The translations under genes were made by a program, and so were the position numbers. A DNA stretch of 64,000 bases from a virus: IMG/VR virus record IMGVR_UViG_3300045988_134583, positions 9,820 to 73,819 of that record; one strand, 5' to 3'. Shown one piece after another: positions 14,252 through 24,237 of the stretch. The number at the start of each line of letters is the position of its first letter. Position 1 is the stretch's first letter. Under the pieces are notes generated by a model that was not told the origin of the DNA, made no database searches, and saw nothing but the letters and a program-made list of their open reading frames with translations.

Positions 14252-17200
14252 TTATTGTGCAGTCGTGATCGTGGCTACCGGGAAATCCTGTACGGAAGTG
14301 GCGTTAATGGTCATGCTTCCCGTCTGCCCTATGGGGATGGTGTATCCCGTTACGAGGTGTCTTTCTACCGGATTCCCGGGCTTGTCCGTGCGCTGAATAG
14401 TAACAAGGTTGTTTTCCACAAGATGGAACATCTGCGTACTTTCTATCGTGACGGACTTCTTCAATATACTTTGACGTTTCAGTTTGAAAACTGCCAGAGA
14501 TTCACAGATATCCTGCGTATAGTAACCACTCTGCTGATATCTTTTGGTCTTTTTCCCGATAAGGTTTGCATTGGTGTCGCTGGCAGGATCGTAATTTGTG
14601 GCTCTGCCTGCGGTCTGCCCGTATTCGGACAGGGATTCCCCCATAATGATTATGTCGTTGTATACTTCGGAGTTTTTAACGACATAGGTAGCCCCCAGAA
14701 ATGTAGAATTGAGGGGCGTAAACTCCCACTGTATTGGCTTATTCTGGTCTACGATATCATCCTGCGAAGGACTTAAACGGAGCTGCCCGAAAGCGTCATA
14801 CCCTATCCACCCCGCCAGCATCGTATTCAGTTCCAAAATAACGTCTGCATAGGAGCCGTTGTCGCTGTCGCACCTATATGTGTACGGCGTATTGGTAAGC
14901 GGTACGGTGGTTCCATCCGGCAGGGTAGTGGTTTTCCCGTTGTAGTACCCGGTAAAGACGGGTATGGTAGCATCCACTTTCTGCCCGTTGCCCCGGTCGA
15001 ATTGCAGGATGGAATTGATAGCGTTAAATATATTACTATTTAAGGGTATTTCGTAGGTTCCGTCAAGATTTCCAAACAGCGTCCCGTCCAGATATGCCCA
15101 CTTATCTACGAGGTTCAGAGTAGTCTGTTTCAGCCCCGGCTTGAATACTTCCTCCGGGTCTTTGATGTAAAACACGCCCTGAGACAGATAAAATGGCTCT
15201 CCGCCGGGAAGAACAATCCCCATCCACAACTGTACCTGCTGGCCGAACCAGAGTTTGTTTACGTTGTAATCATACTCCCCGTCAAGGTTTGCGAGAGTGA
15301 CAGTAGCCGTTCTTCTCGCTCCGTTTTGCAGATTGACAGACAGTGAGCCTTCCTGAATAAATGCCCCGCTCCGGGAGTTTAATTCGTTATAGTCCAGCGA
15401 GAAAGCAACAGACCCGTTCGGATTAAGGAAGTCAAGCCGCGCCAGCTTCTTATACTGCCCTTTTAACGCCTGTAAATACTGCGTCCACTGCGTATCCAGA
15501 GCCAGCACTACATTCTCTATCGTAATGGATGCAGTACCCGTCCAAACGGTTGCACTGGAAGTCCCTACCGTATTGGTAACGGCAGCCTTATACTGGGTAA
15601 CGCCGCCTACTCTGGTATTGGGAGTAAAGATACTTCCCGTTTCGCCCGTTATAGGGGTGAACTGGCTGCCTTTATAGCTCTTATACCACTGATAGGAGAT
15701 CGTCCCATAGGGAGCCGTAGCGGATGCATTCAGGGGCGTTGCAAGGTCGCCAGCGTTGTAGGTAGCGTCCTGCATGTAATAGTAGGATGTGAAGGTCGGC
15801 GCTTGTGCCTTTACAACCTTTACCTGGGCTACATTGCTGGTGATCTCTCTGGTATGCCCCGCACGGATGGCCGTTACCTTCACCTTGTAATACAGGGAGC
15901 CGTCCTGCGTAGTGTCCGGGGCGTAGATAGCCTGATCTTCCGGCAGAGTGGTCAGCCATGCCCAGTTATCTGCGCCGTTCGGGCTTCTTCCCCACAGATA
16001 GTGGTTTATAAGACCGTTGGGCTTTACCGTACCGTCAAGCGGAGTGGCCGCAGTACCGATAGGCACTGCCTGATAGGAAAGCAGATCGCTCCGAAATTCT
16101 ACAGGGATCTCCCCTCCCCAATACGGATAGAGGGTAATGCTCTGGTTCGCCGAATACACGGCATTTAGGTCGTAATCCTTGTTTCCGCCATCCGTCGTTG
16201 CCCATCCTACCTGCGTCCACCCTAACCGGGTAAATGTCACGCCCAGCAGGGTTATAGGCGTTCCGATGATCTGCGAAGCGGACTGAGGCGTTCCCGTTCC
16301 GTTCGCACCGGGCGCATACGTTACCGTATAGGTGTTCAACTCCCAAACGGCATACAGCGTGGTATTTTCCGTAAGAGAGATGCTGTCTCCCGCCTGATAT
16401 GCCGCCGTTCCCGTAGGAGTAGTAGCCCAGCCCCTAAAGGCATATCTGTCCTTAGTAGGCACGGAAGCGGTTATGGTGGTGGTGTAGCCGCTTGCGCTTG
16501 CGTACACGGTTTCGGCGGCAGGAGCGTTGGTTCCGCCGTTGGCGTTATAGGCCAGAGTTACATAGGCCAGCTCGTAGTTTAGGGACATGCCGGATATCGT
16601 GGCCGTCCCGTTATAATTGCTTACGTCTCCGTCCCTATACCTGCCTACATTCAGGATGCATACGCCAGTGCTCTTTATTGCCTGTATGAGGCTGGCAGAC
16701 AGCGGGATGGAGGTGGAAGTCCCGTCCAGCGTAGCCGTCTGGAACACCGCACCGCTGATGCTGTTTAGGAACTGAGGCGCACTTACCGCAGTAATGTAAA
16801 CCTGCCAGCTGGATACGTTGGAATGGGAGATCGTCAGCGTACCGGACTTGATAAGATCAGGCGTTACCGCAAAGGAACCGCACCTCTCGTAGGAGGTTCG
16901 AGCGGAGGACAGAGAGTAGGTGCAGGTGCATCGAACAGTTACCCTCCAACCGTTGCCCAAACTCTCTATGTTGGTAGTGGTGTAGCTGTAGCTTTCGCCG
17001 GATCTTCCCTCGTCCGAATAGGCGTTACCTATAAGGGTACTGGTGCCTGTAGACAGGGTTCCGTTGCTCAGATACCACGTTCCTATGGCAGCGCGGTTAT
17101 TTATGGCCGACTGGAAGGATATGGCAGCTCTTGCATTGGCCTGTGCTGCACTGATAGCCGCCGCAGAAGTGCTCCCAGTCCCGGAAGCCGTAGCAGACGA

Positions 17201-17272
17201 TGTAAAACCGCCCCTCGTTCTTCTCGCTATCGTATTGATGCCCGTAGACATCGTAGCCGCAAGTATAGGCAT
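14252..17272 (-). CDS. tail-associated protein: Listeria-Bacteroides-type repeats + C-terminal prophage-tail (hub/endopeptidase-tail-like) region
   Basis: 1006 aa. YNANGGTNAP...YAFRGWATTPTG...TLYAVW and TVTYAPGANGTG...TRLGWTQVGWATT...ITLYPYW are flg_new/InlB-B-like repeats. The C-terminal half resembles siphovirus Tal N-terminal domains. Confidence 0.7.
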   Translation of the reverse strand: MPILAATMSTGINTIARRTRGGFTSSATASGTGSTSAAAISAAQANARAAISFQSAINNRAAIGTWYLSNGTLSTGTSTLIGNAYSDEGRSGESYSYTTTNIESLGNGWRVTVRCTCTYSLSSARTSYERCGSFAVTPDLIKSGTLTISHSNVSSWQVYITAVSAPQFLNSISGAVFQTATLDGTSTSIPLSASLIQAIKSTGVCILNVGRYRDGDVSNYNGTATISGMSLNYELAYVTLAYNANGGTNAPAAETVYASASGYTTTITASVPTKDRYAFRGWATTPTGTAAYQAGDSISLTENTTLYAVWELNTYTVTYAPGANGTGTPQSASQIIGTPITLLGVTFTRLGWTQVGWATTDGGNKDYDLNAVYSANQSITLYPYWGGEIPVEFRSDLLSYQAVPIGTAATPLDGTVKPNGLINHYLWGRSPNGADNWAWLTTLPEDQAIYAPDTTQDGSLYYKVKVTAIRAGHTREITSNVAQVKVVKAQAPTFTSYYYMQDATYNAGDLATPLNASATAPYGTISYQWYKSYKGSQFTPITGETGSIFTPNTRVGGVTQYKAAVTNTVGTSSATVWTGTASITIENVVLALDTQWTQYLQALKGQYKKLARLDFLNPNGSVAFSLDYNELNSRSGAFIQEGSLSVNLQNGARRTATVTLANLDGEYDYNVNKLWFGQQVQLWMGIVLPGGEPFYLSQGVFYIKDPEEVFKPGLKQTTLNLVDKWAYLDGTLFGNLDGTYEIPLNSNIFNAINSILQFDRGNGQKVDATIPVFTGYYNGKTTTLPDGTTVPLTNTPYTYRCDSDNGSYADVILELNTMLAGWIGYDAFGQLRLSPSQDDIVDQNKPIQWEFTPLNSTFLGATYVVKNSEVYNDIIIMGESLSEYGQTAGRATNYDPASDTNANLIGKKTKRYQQSGYYTQDICESLAVFKLKRQSILKKSVTIESTQMFHLVENNLVTIQRTDKPGNPVERHLVTGYTIPIGQTGSMTINATSVQDFPVATITTAQ

Positions 17273-17281
17273 AAGCCCTCC

Positions 17282-18736
17282 TTATTCTGCGCCCGGCCAG
17301 AAGCTATCCGTCGGCAGGGATACAATGGATTTATTCTTCGCGCTCCCGATCTCCGCCCACGATATCGTAGCTACAAGAGCTTGTTCGTAAGTATCATCCT
17401 GCGTCTGCATCGTAATGGCGGCAGAGGTGTCCACAAGGAGCACGTCCCCCTTCCGGTTCTTATAAAACTTCGGTGCATTGGAAGCGGAGATTTCGTAGAT
17501 ATCGTCTTGATACGCAACCGTATCTCCCTGATACTGATTCAGGCCGGATGCTTTGCCGATGTATGCTTTAACGGATCCGGTCTTATACAGGGAACTCTTG
17601 GGCTGTCTGTTCGGAAACCGGGTGAAGTTCTCCTGTAGAGACGGGCTGTTGGAGTTGGTGACGGCACCGCTCTCTACCCCTAAAGAGAAGGAATATTCGT
17701 TTGTTACCCGGTATGTACCGTCCGCATTAAGGGCGGTAAGCAGGATTGTATGTTCCCAAAACACGGGAGTAAAGCTTCCTGTCTGCACGACTTTCAGGAT
17801 CTCCCCTCCCGCTCCCAGCGTCCAGATAACATAGGACACGCTCTTTTGGGAAGCGGTGGAATAATCACATATTCGGTTTGTTTCCGCTCCTACCTCTGCA
17901 ATCTTGCGCAGTACAGCATCCCCAGCGTTCTGCCGATACACGATGTACTTGTAGATATTGGTCGTAAAGGTTTCCTTCGGCCATCGAAGATACACGGCGG
18001 AATGTCCGTTCAGTCTGCCCAGAACGTATCCTTCCGCAGGAGCCGTTTCCACTTCGTAGTCTGCCGAAAAGTCCACAAACCCGGTCGTTACCTGTACGCC
18101 GTTGGATGTCTGCACAGTACACTTTATTGCGTAAGTAACTCCAGACATAAGCCCCTCCACGGTATAGGAGAGAATCTGCGTCGTAATGGGGCCGGATTCT
18201 GCAATAGGATCGTCCTCCTTGCCGGAAAGAGCGAATACCCACGACACCCACGATACCGGGTCTCCCTGCGTCTGCTCGTAGTTGGCAGTGATGGTCATTT
18301 TTGCAGGATCCTCCGGGTCTGCGCTCGTGCCACCAATTTCCAGTGTAGGAGTATCCCTTGTGATAAAGACGGACGCGGAAGTCTGGGCAACACTCTCTGT
18401 ATCGCTCCACCACTGCGTAATCAGCATCTTGTATCCGTATTCATAGCCGTTTACAATGCCCGCAGAAGCAATAGCGGAAGCGCTTATCTCCGTGGCAAAG
18501 AACTGCGGATTTCCCATTGCATCATGCGCCTGAAAAGGCTCTGCAAGGGCTACTTCCCCGGAGGAATACATCTGGGTGGATTCCGTTGTGTTCTGATAAA
18601 TAACGATCTGGTAGGCCGTCATGGGGCTATCCCCGTTTACCTGCCACGATACCTGTAACGGATTCGTTACATCCACCGTCCCCGCCCCTGCGCCGGAAAG
18701 ACTGGACGGGGACACGTTAGAGGGCTGAAATAGCAT
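17282..18736 (-). CDS. distal tail protein (Dit)-position protein
   Basis: 484 aa, immediately after the tape measure gene. Called by synteny only. Confidence 0.5.
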   Translation of the reverse strand: MLFQPSNVSPSSLSGAGAGTVDVTNPLQVSWQVNGDSPMTAYQIVIYQNTTESTQMYSSGEVALAEPFQAHDAMGNPQFFATEISASAIASAGIVNGYEYGYKMLITQWWSDTESVAQTSASVFITRDTPTLEIGGTSADPEDPAKMTITANYEQTQGDPVSWVSWVFALSGKEDDPIAESGPITTQILSYTVEGLMSGVTYAIKCTVQTSNGVQVTTGFVDFSADYEVETAPAEGYVLGRLNGHSAVYLRWPKETFTTNIYKYIVYRQNAGDAVLRKIAEVGAETNRICDYSTASQKSVSYVIWTLGAGGEILKVVQTGSFTPVFWEHTILLTALNADGTYRVTNEYSFSLGVESGAVTNSNSPSLQENFTRFPNRQPKSSLYKTGSVKAYIGKASGLNQYQGDTVAYQDDIYEISASNAPKFYKNRKGDVLLVDTSAAITMQTQDDTYEQALVATISWAEIGSAKNKSIVSLPTDSFWPGAE

Positions 18737-18749
18737 CTATTTTCTCCGA

Positions 18750-21700
18750 TCACATGGATTCATTGGCGTATATGGACAAGGTGCTCAACACCTGAGACAT
18801 GGGCTTGTTTGCCATATCCGCGCCGATCTTAACGCCGTTGATGTAGTAGTTTCTGCTGTTGTTTGTATTGGAAATGGAGCTGTTTCGCGTGGAGAATTTA
18901 TTGCCGGAAGTTCCTGCTTCCACGAGTGCCCGGATGGATCGGGTGAAGTTCATGAACTGAGCGTTCTTAACCGGGCTAAGCACGTCCTTCGTAATAGACG
19001 GCCCTATAACCACTTCGTCCCCAACTGCGCCTTTAGGCATATAGCCAGAGCCGGAAGCAATTCCGCCCTCATCGAACATCATGTCGGTTCTGCTTCCACC
19101 GCTCCTTCTATCTACGGCAGAACTGACCTCTTGCTTTTTATTCTCTGTCTTTCCCCCGCCGCCTCCGGAACTCTTAGATTCCTTCGTTTCCGTCTTGGCC
19201 GTCTGCGCCTTATATCCGGCATTTATGATAGCCATGACAGCTTCATTTATGGCCGCATCGAACTTGGTTCCTGCTCCGTAAATAATTTCCGTAAAGCCGT
19301 CCAGCACCCCGCCTACGTTTTCAGCGGCTTCTTTCAGCGCCGGAACTCCGCTGTTCTGCATATCCTGCAAGATTTCTGTAATGCCCCTTGCGGGTGCTTC
19401 CATCGTCTTTAGGATATCTTCCCACTGCTTTACCGTGGCATCGTACTGGGCCTGAATAGCATCTTTCTGCGCCTGCAAGCCGTCCAGTATGGCCTGATAT
19501 TCCTGCTCGGCCTTGAAGTCGTCCAGATTCTTCTGAGCGTCGTCCAGCTTTTCCTGTGCACTTGCGACGGCCTTCTGATCGGCCATCCACTCCCACTGCT
19601 TCGTATCCTCGTTGTAATACCGGACAGTCCGCTCTACCTGCGCTTGGAGCAGATTCTTTTGGGCTTCTTCTACCGCAAGCTGCAATTCAAGGAGCTTATC
19701 GGCCTCTTCCTGCGCTTCTTTGGAGGCTTTCAGCGCATCTATCTGTGCGTCGATTTCCTCCTGTCGCTTATCCGCTTCCTCCTTGGCCTTGTCCTTGTAC
19801 CAGTTTACCCACTCCCTAAATTCGGACAGGATATCGTCCGGATTTTTGGAACTGGTAGAACCGGAGGAAGAACCGCCGCCGGAAGAAGTGGAGGAAGAAC
19901 CGCCCCCCTTGGGAGAGGTTGTATTGAGCCATCCATCTTTTCCGCCTGCAAAAGCCGGGAGAGAACCGCCAAATGTGTTCTTGGTTTCGGCAGCGGTGAG
20001 CACCATATCGTCCGCACTCAGATTGACGATAGCGGGCTTGCCGTGATTGGCAACATAGGCACTTCCGGTGCGGTTGTTGACAATAAGCTCCGGTTTGGAG
20101 CCGTCTGCTGGGTGTTCGTCGTTTACAAGAGCCAGACCGGAGTAGGAATCTCGTTTGCCCTTTGCTCTACCGCCTATGCCGGAAGTGGGTGATCCGCTTG
20201 TCGGCCCCTGTACACTAACCGGAATAACGATTGGATGTTTGGACGCTTCTGCCTGTGCATTTGCGGCTACTGTCTTTCCGTATTGCTGTCCCTGCTCGGC
20301 GGCATAGCCCATGTCGGCAGGAATTTCTGTGCCGCCCTTTTCCTTTTGCTTGGCAATCCACTCAGAAATTTCTTCGGAGTACATTCCCAAAGACTGGATA
20401 AAGGAGGCCCATACGGTCTCAGATACGCCAGTAGCCGACGCCATCTGGGCAAGGAACTCATCTACGCTCTTATTGCCCAGATCGAACGACCATGCATATT
20501 CGTCTCCCATGTCCTGCATGGAAGCGATAATCTCTCCGGTGGCATCCCGCACAACGTAAGCACCGTCTGTGGTCTGCTCTGCAATATTCTGCCAGAACTC
20601 AGCAGACGCATCGGAGTAATTGCCGGTCTTAATAGCATCCATGTATGCGCTAAGACCGATTTCAGCCGCATACTCCATAAGTCCTGCGGCATCGTCTGCG
20701 TACTTTTCCCTTACCTCGTCGGAGAAAAGGAGGTCTGCGGACTTCAAGAACGCATTGGAACCGTAGTATCCCTTGTCTGCGGCTTCGGACATGGCATCGT
20801 AGATATCCCCGATGCCTTTTATATCCTCGTCAAGCTCTCCTTTTATGGCTTCCGCAGTATCCTTTATCTTCTGCGAAGCGTTTGAGAATGCTTCTTCCAG
20901 CTGGGTTCCGGAATCAGCTACCTTTTCCGTGCTATTGGCTGCGTTTGCGGCGGCTTCGGCATATTCGGTATACGCCTGTGCCAGCATATTGATAATCCGG
21001 TTCTGCTGTTCCAGCGGGAGGTCGGAATCTTGGATTGTTTTTATCAGTTTATCGTAGTTCTCCTGCGAATCTACGGTAACTTCATTCAGGAATCCAGCCA
21101 ACGTCTTTCTATCGTTGGCCGCAACTTCTTCGTTTAGAGCGCTGCGATAGGCATTCGCCGTGTCGCCCAGCTTATTCGTCCAGTCTTTAAGGGACTTATA
21201 AGTATCCGTCTGGAATATGGATTCGTCACCGGTCTCTTTGGCAACCTGATCGTATTCTTTCAGTAAAGATACGGCAGCTTCATAAAACGTGAGGATTTCT
21301 TTGGCGTCGCTTTTATCGAACCGAAGATTATACTTGGTTCCGCCGTTAGTGATGAATTTTTCTACATCACCACCAGCTTTTTTAAGCGTAAAGAAGGTTT
21401 TTCTGGAAAGACCGCCCCGGTACTTATCCAAGTCGGTGAAATCGAATCCGTCCAGACCGACACGGTTTTCAAAGATATTGCTGGCTTCCGCTTTAAGGCT
21501 TTCTGCCGCATCCGACCTTGCCTTAAACGCCGCCGTTTCAGCTTCTTCCAGCTTCGCCTGCGTAAGTTTTTTTATCTTTTCCGCAGTAAGTTCAGCCGCA
21601 TCACCTTCTACACCCAAAGCAGCAGCAAGATCCTTTGCGGCCTTGGTGTGTTCCTCCGTATCGCTCTTTGTAGCTTCCAGTGCCTCGCCCAGTGTAAGTA

Positions 21701-23669
21701 TCTTTAGGCTGGCATCGTTGGCCGCTTTCGCTTCCTTTAAGGATTCCTCAGCAGTGTCTTTCAGTTCTTGCTTGTAGTTATTGTAGGCAACTACAGCTAT
21801 GGCGATAGCCGCCACCAAAGCTACCGCAGCGGCCTGCACTATGGAAAGCATGGTTGCCGAAGTGGCAGCCGCAGTCCCCAGCGTTGTCAGGGATGTTGCA
21901 AAGCCTTTTACGCTGGTTATTGCTGTTTGTACGAAGCCAACAAAATCTTTTAGCTTTATGGCTGCCAGCGCAGCACCTACAATCGCAAGCGCCGTCCCCA
22001 GATCGCCAAAACCGCTTATTAACTTCGTTACGCCGTCAATAAGCCCCTTTATCCAGTCCGTTTTTACAGTGTTGGACACGAACTCTGCCCAGGTGTTTTT
22101 GAGAATGTTGACCTTGGCGTCCCAGCTGGTCAGCGCGTTCTCGACTTCCTTGTCTGCACTCCCTACCGAATTGGTAAAGGAATCCAGCATGGATTCATAC
22201 ATATCCCAGTTCTGGATAAGAGCCAAAAGCTGGGAAGAACGGAGCTTACCGGAAATATCCGTTACCTGTTCCATCAACTCCTGCGCATTGAGCGTACCTT
22301 CTTTGTACGCCTTCGCAAGAGCGCCGATAGCCTCCATAGGGTCTATCAGATCCCCGGTAGCATCGGCAGCGGCCATAACATCCGGGATATACTGGCGCAG
22401 AACATCCCGCAGGCCTTCAATTTCCCCGGCAGTCCACTGAGCACCGTCCTCTATCTCCGTCTTGGTGTCCCCAACGATGTTGAGCATCAGGGCACGAAGA
22501 GCACGAGCAGCTTCGGAACCGCTTCTCTGGGTAACTGCTGTAATAGTGCCCAGTGCAGCGGAAAGTTGGTCTGCGCCTACGCCTACCTGTGCGGCAACAG
22601 GGGCAACAATACCCATGCCCTCTGCCAGTTTCTCCATGGTAGTGGCGTAGTTATTATCGATCTCGTTTGCGCCGTCGATAATCTTGTTCAGTTTCTCTAC
22701 GCTTCCGCCCAGCTTATAGGCGGCATCTACGGAGATCAGGAACTGATTGGCGGTCTTTGCAGACATATCGCCTACCAGCTGTGTCTTTGCGGACAATTCA
22801 GCCAAATCAGCTATCTGCTCCTTATATCCTGCTCGGGCAAACGATGCGGCGGCGGAAAGATAGGAATCGGCCGTAGTACCGAGAGCGGATCCGGTCTTAT
22901 ACGCCTGTTCTTCCAACGTGGCCAGCTGCTCTTCGTTGAAGCCTGTGACCTTACGGACAGTTACCAGCTCGGAATCCACCGCTTTCATGGTGTCCAGAGC
23001 GTCGTTCATTGCCTTTCTCAGTTCGGAAAAGGCGATAGATTTCAGCCTGAAACCCAGGGTAGAAAGAGCGGTATTGTATCGTTCTGCGCTGGCGCTTGCC
23101 TGACCGGCAGACTGCGCATATTCTTTTTGTGCAGCGGCATCTTTTAGGGCTACACCAGCGTTTTTTTCATGTTGCTGTGCAACCTTCAAGGCCTGTTGAT
23201 AGGTCTTTTCTGTTGCTTGTGCCGTTCCCTGCTGTGCTTTTACTATGTCTGCTCCGCTTTTGGAAACGGTCTGGGTAGTCTTTTCCTGCGCTTGCTGGAA
23301 TTTAAGCGCTTCCTGTCTGCTCTTTTCTACGGATTGCCGTGTTTTTTCATTGGCAGCCTGCGCTTTTGCCTGCTCCTGAGTGGTTTTCTGTATGGCCTGT
23401 GCAGTCTTTTCCTGCTCCCGTGCATATTTTGCGTTGGCGGCATCCGCTTTTGCCTGCTGTGCGGCCAGTTTTGCCTGTTCCGTAGCCAATTTCGCCTGCG
23501 CAGTAGCCAGTTTCAGGGCTTCTTTGGAGAGTCCTTCTACGCCTTTTGTATCTACCGAAAAGCTGATTTTTGTGCCGCTTATAAGCTGTGCCGTTTTTTG
23601 CAGCTCTTGGAGCTTGGCAAGCGCATTATTCTCTTGGAGGTCTACTTTCAGTCTTACGATTTCAGGCAT
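18750..23669 (-). CDS. tail tape measure protein
   Basis: 1639 aa. Long Ala/Gln/Lys coiled-coil N-terminus, a TP901-type core (NNYATTMEKLAEGMGIVAPVAAQVGV...LGTITAVTQRSGSEAARALRALMLNI) and hydrophobic helices. Confidence 0.85.
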   Translation of the reverse strand: MPEIVRLKVDLQENNALAKLQELQKTAQLISGTKISFSVDTKGVEGLSKEALKLATAQAKLATEQAKLAAQQAKADAANAKYAREQEKTAQAIQKTTQEQAKAQAANEKTRQSVEKSRQEALKFQQAQEKTTQTVSKSGADIVKAQQGTAQATEKTYQQALKVAQQHEKNAGVALKDAAAQKEYAQSAGQASASAERYNTALSTLGFRLKSIAFSELRKAMNDALDTMKAVDSELVTVRKVTGFNEEQLATLEEQAYKTGSALGTTADSYLSAAASFARAGYKEQIADLAELSAKTQLVGDMSAKTANQFLISVDAAYKLGGSVEKLNKIIDGANEIDNNYATTMEKLAEGMGIVAPVAAQVGVGADQLSAALGTITAVTQRSGSEAARALRALMLNIVGDTKTEIEDGAQWTAGEIEGLRDVLRQYIPDVMAAADATGDLIDPMEAIGALAKAYKEGTLNAQELMEQVTDISGKLRSSQLLALIQNWDMYESMLDSFTNSVGSADKEVENALTSWDAKVNILKNTWAEFVSNTVKTDWIKGLIDGVTKLISGFGDLGTALAIVGAALAAIKLKDFVGFVQTAITSVKGFATSLTTLGTAAATSATMLSIVQAAAVALVAAIAIAVVAYNNYKQELKDTAEESLKEAKAANDASLKILTLGEALEATKSDTEEHTKAAKDLAAALGVEGDAAELTAEKIKKLTQAKLEEAETAAFKARSDAAESLKAEASNIFENRVGLDGFDFTDLDKYRGGLSRKTFFTLKKAGGDVEKFITNGGTKYNLRFDKSDAKEILTFYEAAVSLLKEYDQVAKETGDESIFQTDTYKSLKDWTNKLGDTANAYRSALNEEVAANDRKTLAGFLNEVTVDSQENYDKLIKTIQDSDLPLEQQNRIINMLAQAYTEYAEAAANAANSTEKVADSGTQLEEAFSNASQKIKDTAEAIKGELDEDIKGIGDIYDAMSEAADKGYYGSNAFLKSADLLFSDEVREKYADDAAGLMEYAAEIGLSAYMDAIKTGNYSDASAEFWQNIAEQTTDGAYVVRDATGEIIASMQDMGDEYAWSFDLGNKSVDEFLAQMASATGVSETVWASFIQSLGMYSEEISEWIAKQKEKGGTEIPADMGYAAEQGQQYGKTVAANAQAEASKHPIVIPVSVQGPTSGSPTSGIGGRAKGKRDSYSGLALVNDEHPADGSKPELIVNNRTGSAYVANHGKPAIVNLSADDMVLTAAETKNTFGGSLPAFAGGKDGWLNTTSPKGGGSSSTSSGGGSSSGSTSSKNPDDILSEFREWVNWYKDKAKEEADKRQEEIDAQIDALKASKEAQEEADKLLELQLAVEEAQKNLLQAQVERTVRYYNEDTKQWEWMADQKAVASAQEKLDDAQKNLDDFKAEQEYQAILDGLQAQKDAIQAQYDATVKQWEDILKTMEAPARGITEILQDMQNSGVPALKEAAENVGGVLDGFTEIIYGAGTKFDAAINEAVMAIINAGYKAQTAKTETKESKSSGGGGGKTENKKQEVSSAVDRRSGGSRTDMMFDEGGIASGSGYMPKGAVGDEVVIGPSITKDVLSPVKNAQFMNFTRSIRALVEAGTSGNKFSTRNSSISNTNNSRNYYINGVKIGADMANKPMSQVLSTLSIYANESM

Positions 23670-23671
23670 TC

Positions 23672-24148
23672 TTATCTCCCGTCAACGATAAATCCTCTTT
23701 TTTTAAGGCCATTCGCCAAATATGTGTCTGCGTCTCCGCTGTTTACAAAATCTTCCATTCCCGGCTGCATGAACGGACGTGCGAGGGCCTGTGCGTAAAT
23801 CCGGCTGTGTTTCCAATGATATCCATGTCCGGATTCGATAATGTCGGCTATATATCCAGGATCCCATCCGTCTGTATCATCGTATGCCGAGTTACCTTTC
23901 GTGACATTCTCAACGCCGACCTCCATATCCCCGCTGTAAAACTTGTAGTTCATGGGGTCTTTCAGGCCGTCGTCGGTTTCCCTTCGCTCATATCCGTCTG
24001 GGATGGGTGTATAGACATCGTATACGCGCCGCTCTGCGCTATCGATCATTGCGATCACGATAGGGTCTATCATGTCATTTTGGAGCGTTGCATTTACGGC
24101 GTTTACGAGCTGGCTTCTAAATTTTTGATAATCGTCCATAAGGGACAT
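23672..24148 (-). CDS. virion protein (HK97 gp10-like ARPF motif)
   Basis: Start at the ATG behind AGGGAGGG. ...IYAQALARPFMQPG... resembles the gp10-family motif. Weak call. Confidence 0.4.
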   Translation of the reverse strand: MSLMDDYQKFRSQLVNAVNATLQNDMIDPIVIAMIDSAERRVYDVYTPIPDGYERRETDDGLKDPMNYKFYSGDMEVGVENVTKGNSAYDDTDGWDPGYIADIIESGHGYHWKHSRIYAQALARPFMQPGMEDFVNSGDADTYLANGLKKRGFIVDGR

Positions 24149-24237
24149 ACTGCATCCCTCCCTTACTCCAAAGCGCCCACGCATGGATGTTTTGGAGTGC
24201 GCCCCGCCATCTGCAAGACGGAGGGGCGCAATAGAGG

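Noticed and set aside
14252-23669. Diversity-generating retroelement targeting the tail fibre or tape measure.
   Set aside because: No reverse-transcriptase-like ORF (no YxDD motif) occurs anywhere in the window. I saw no template/variable repeat pair near the 3' ends of the tail genes.
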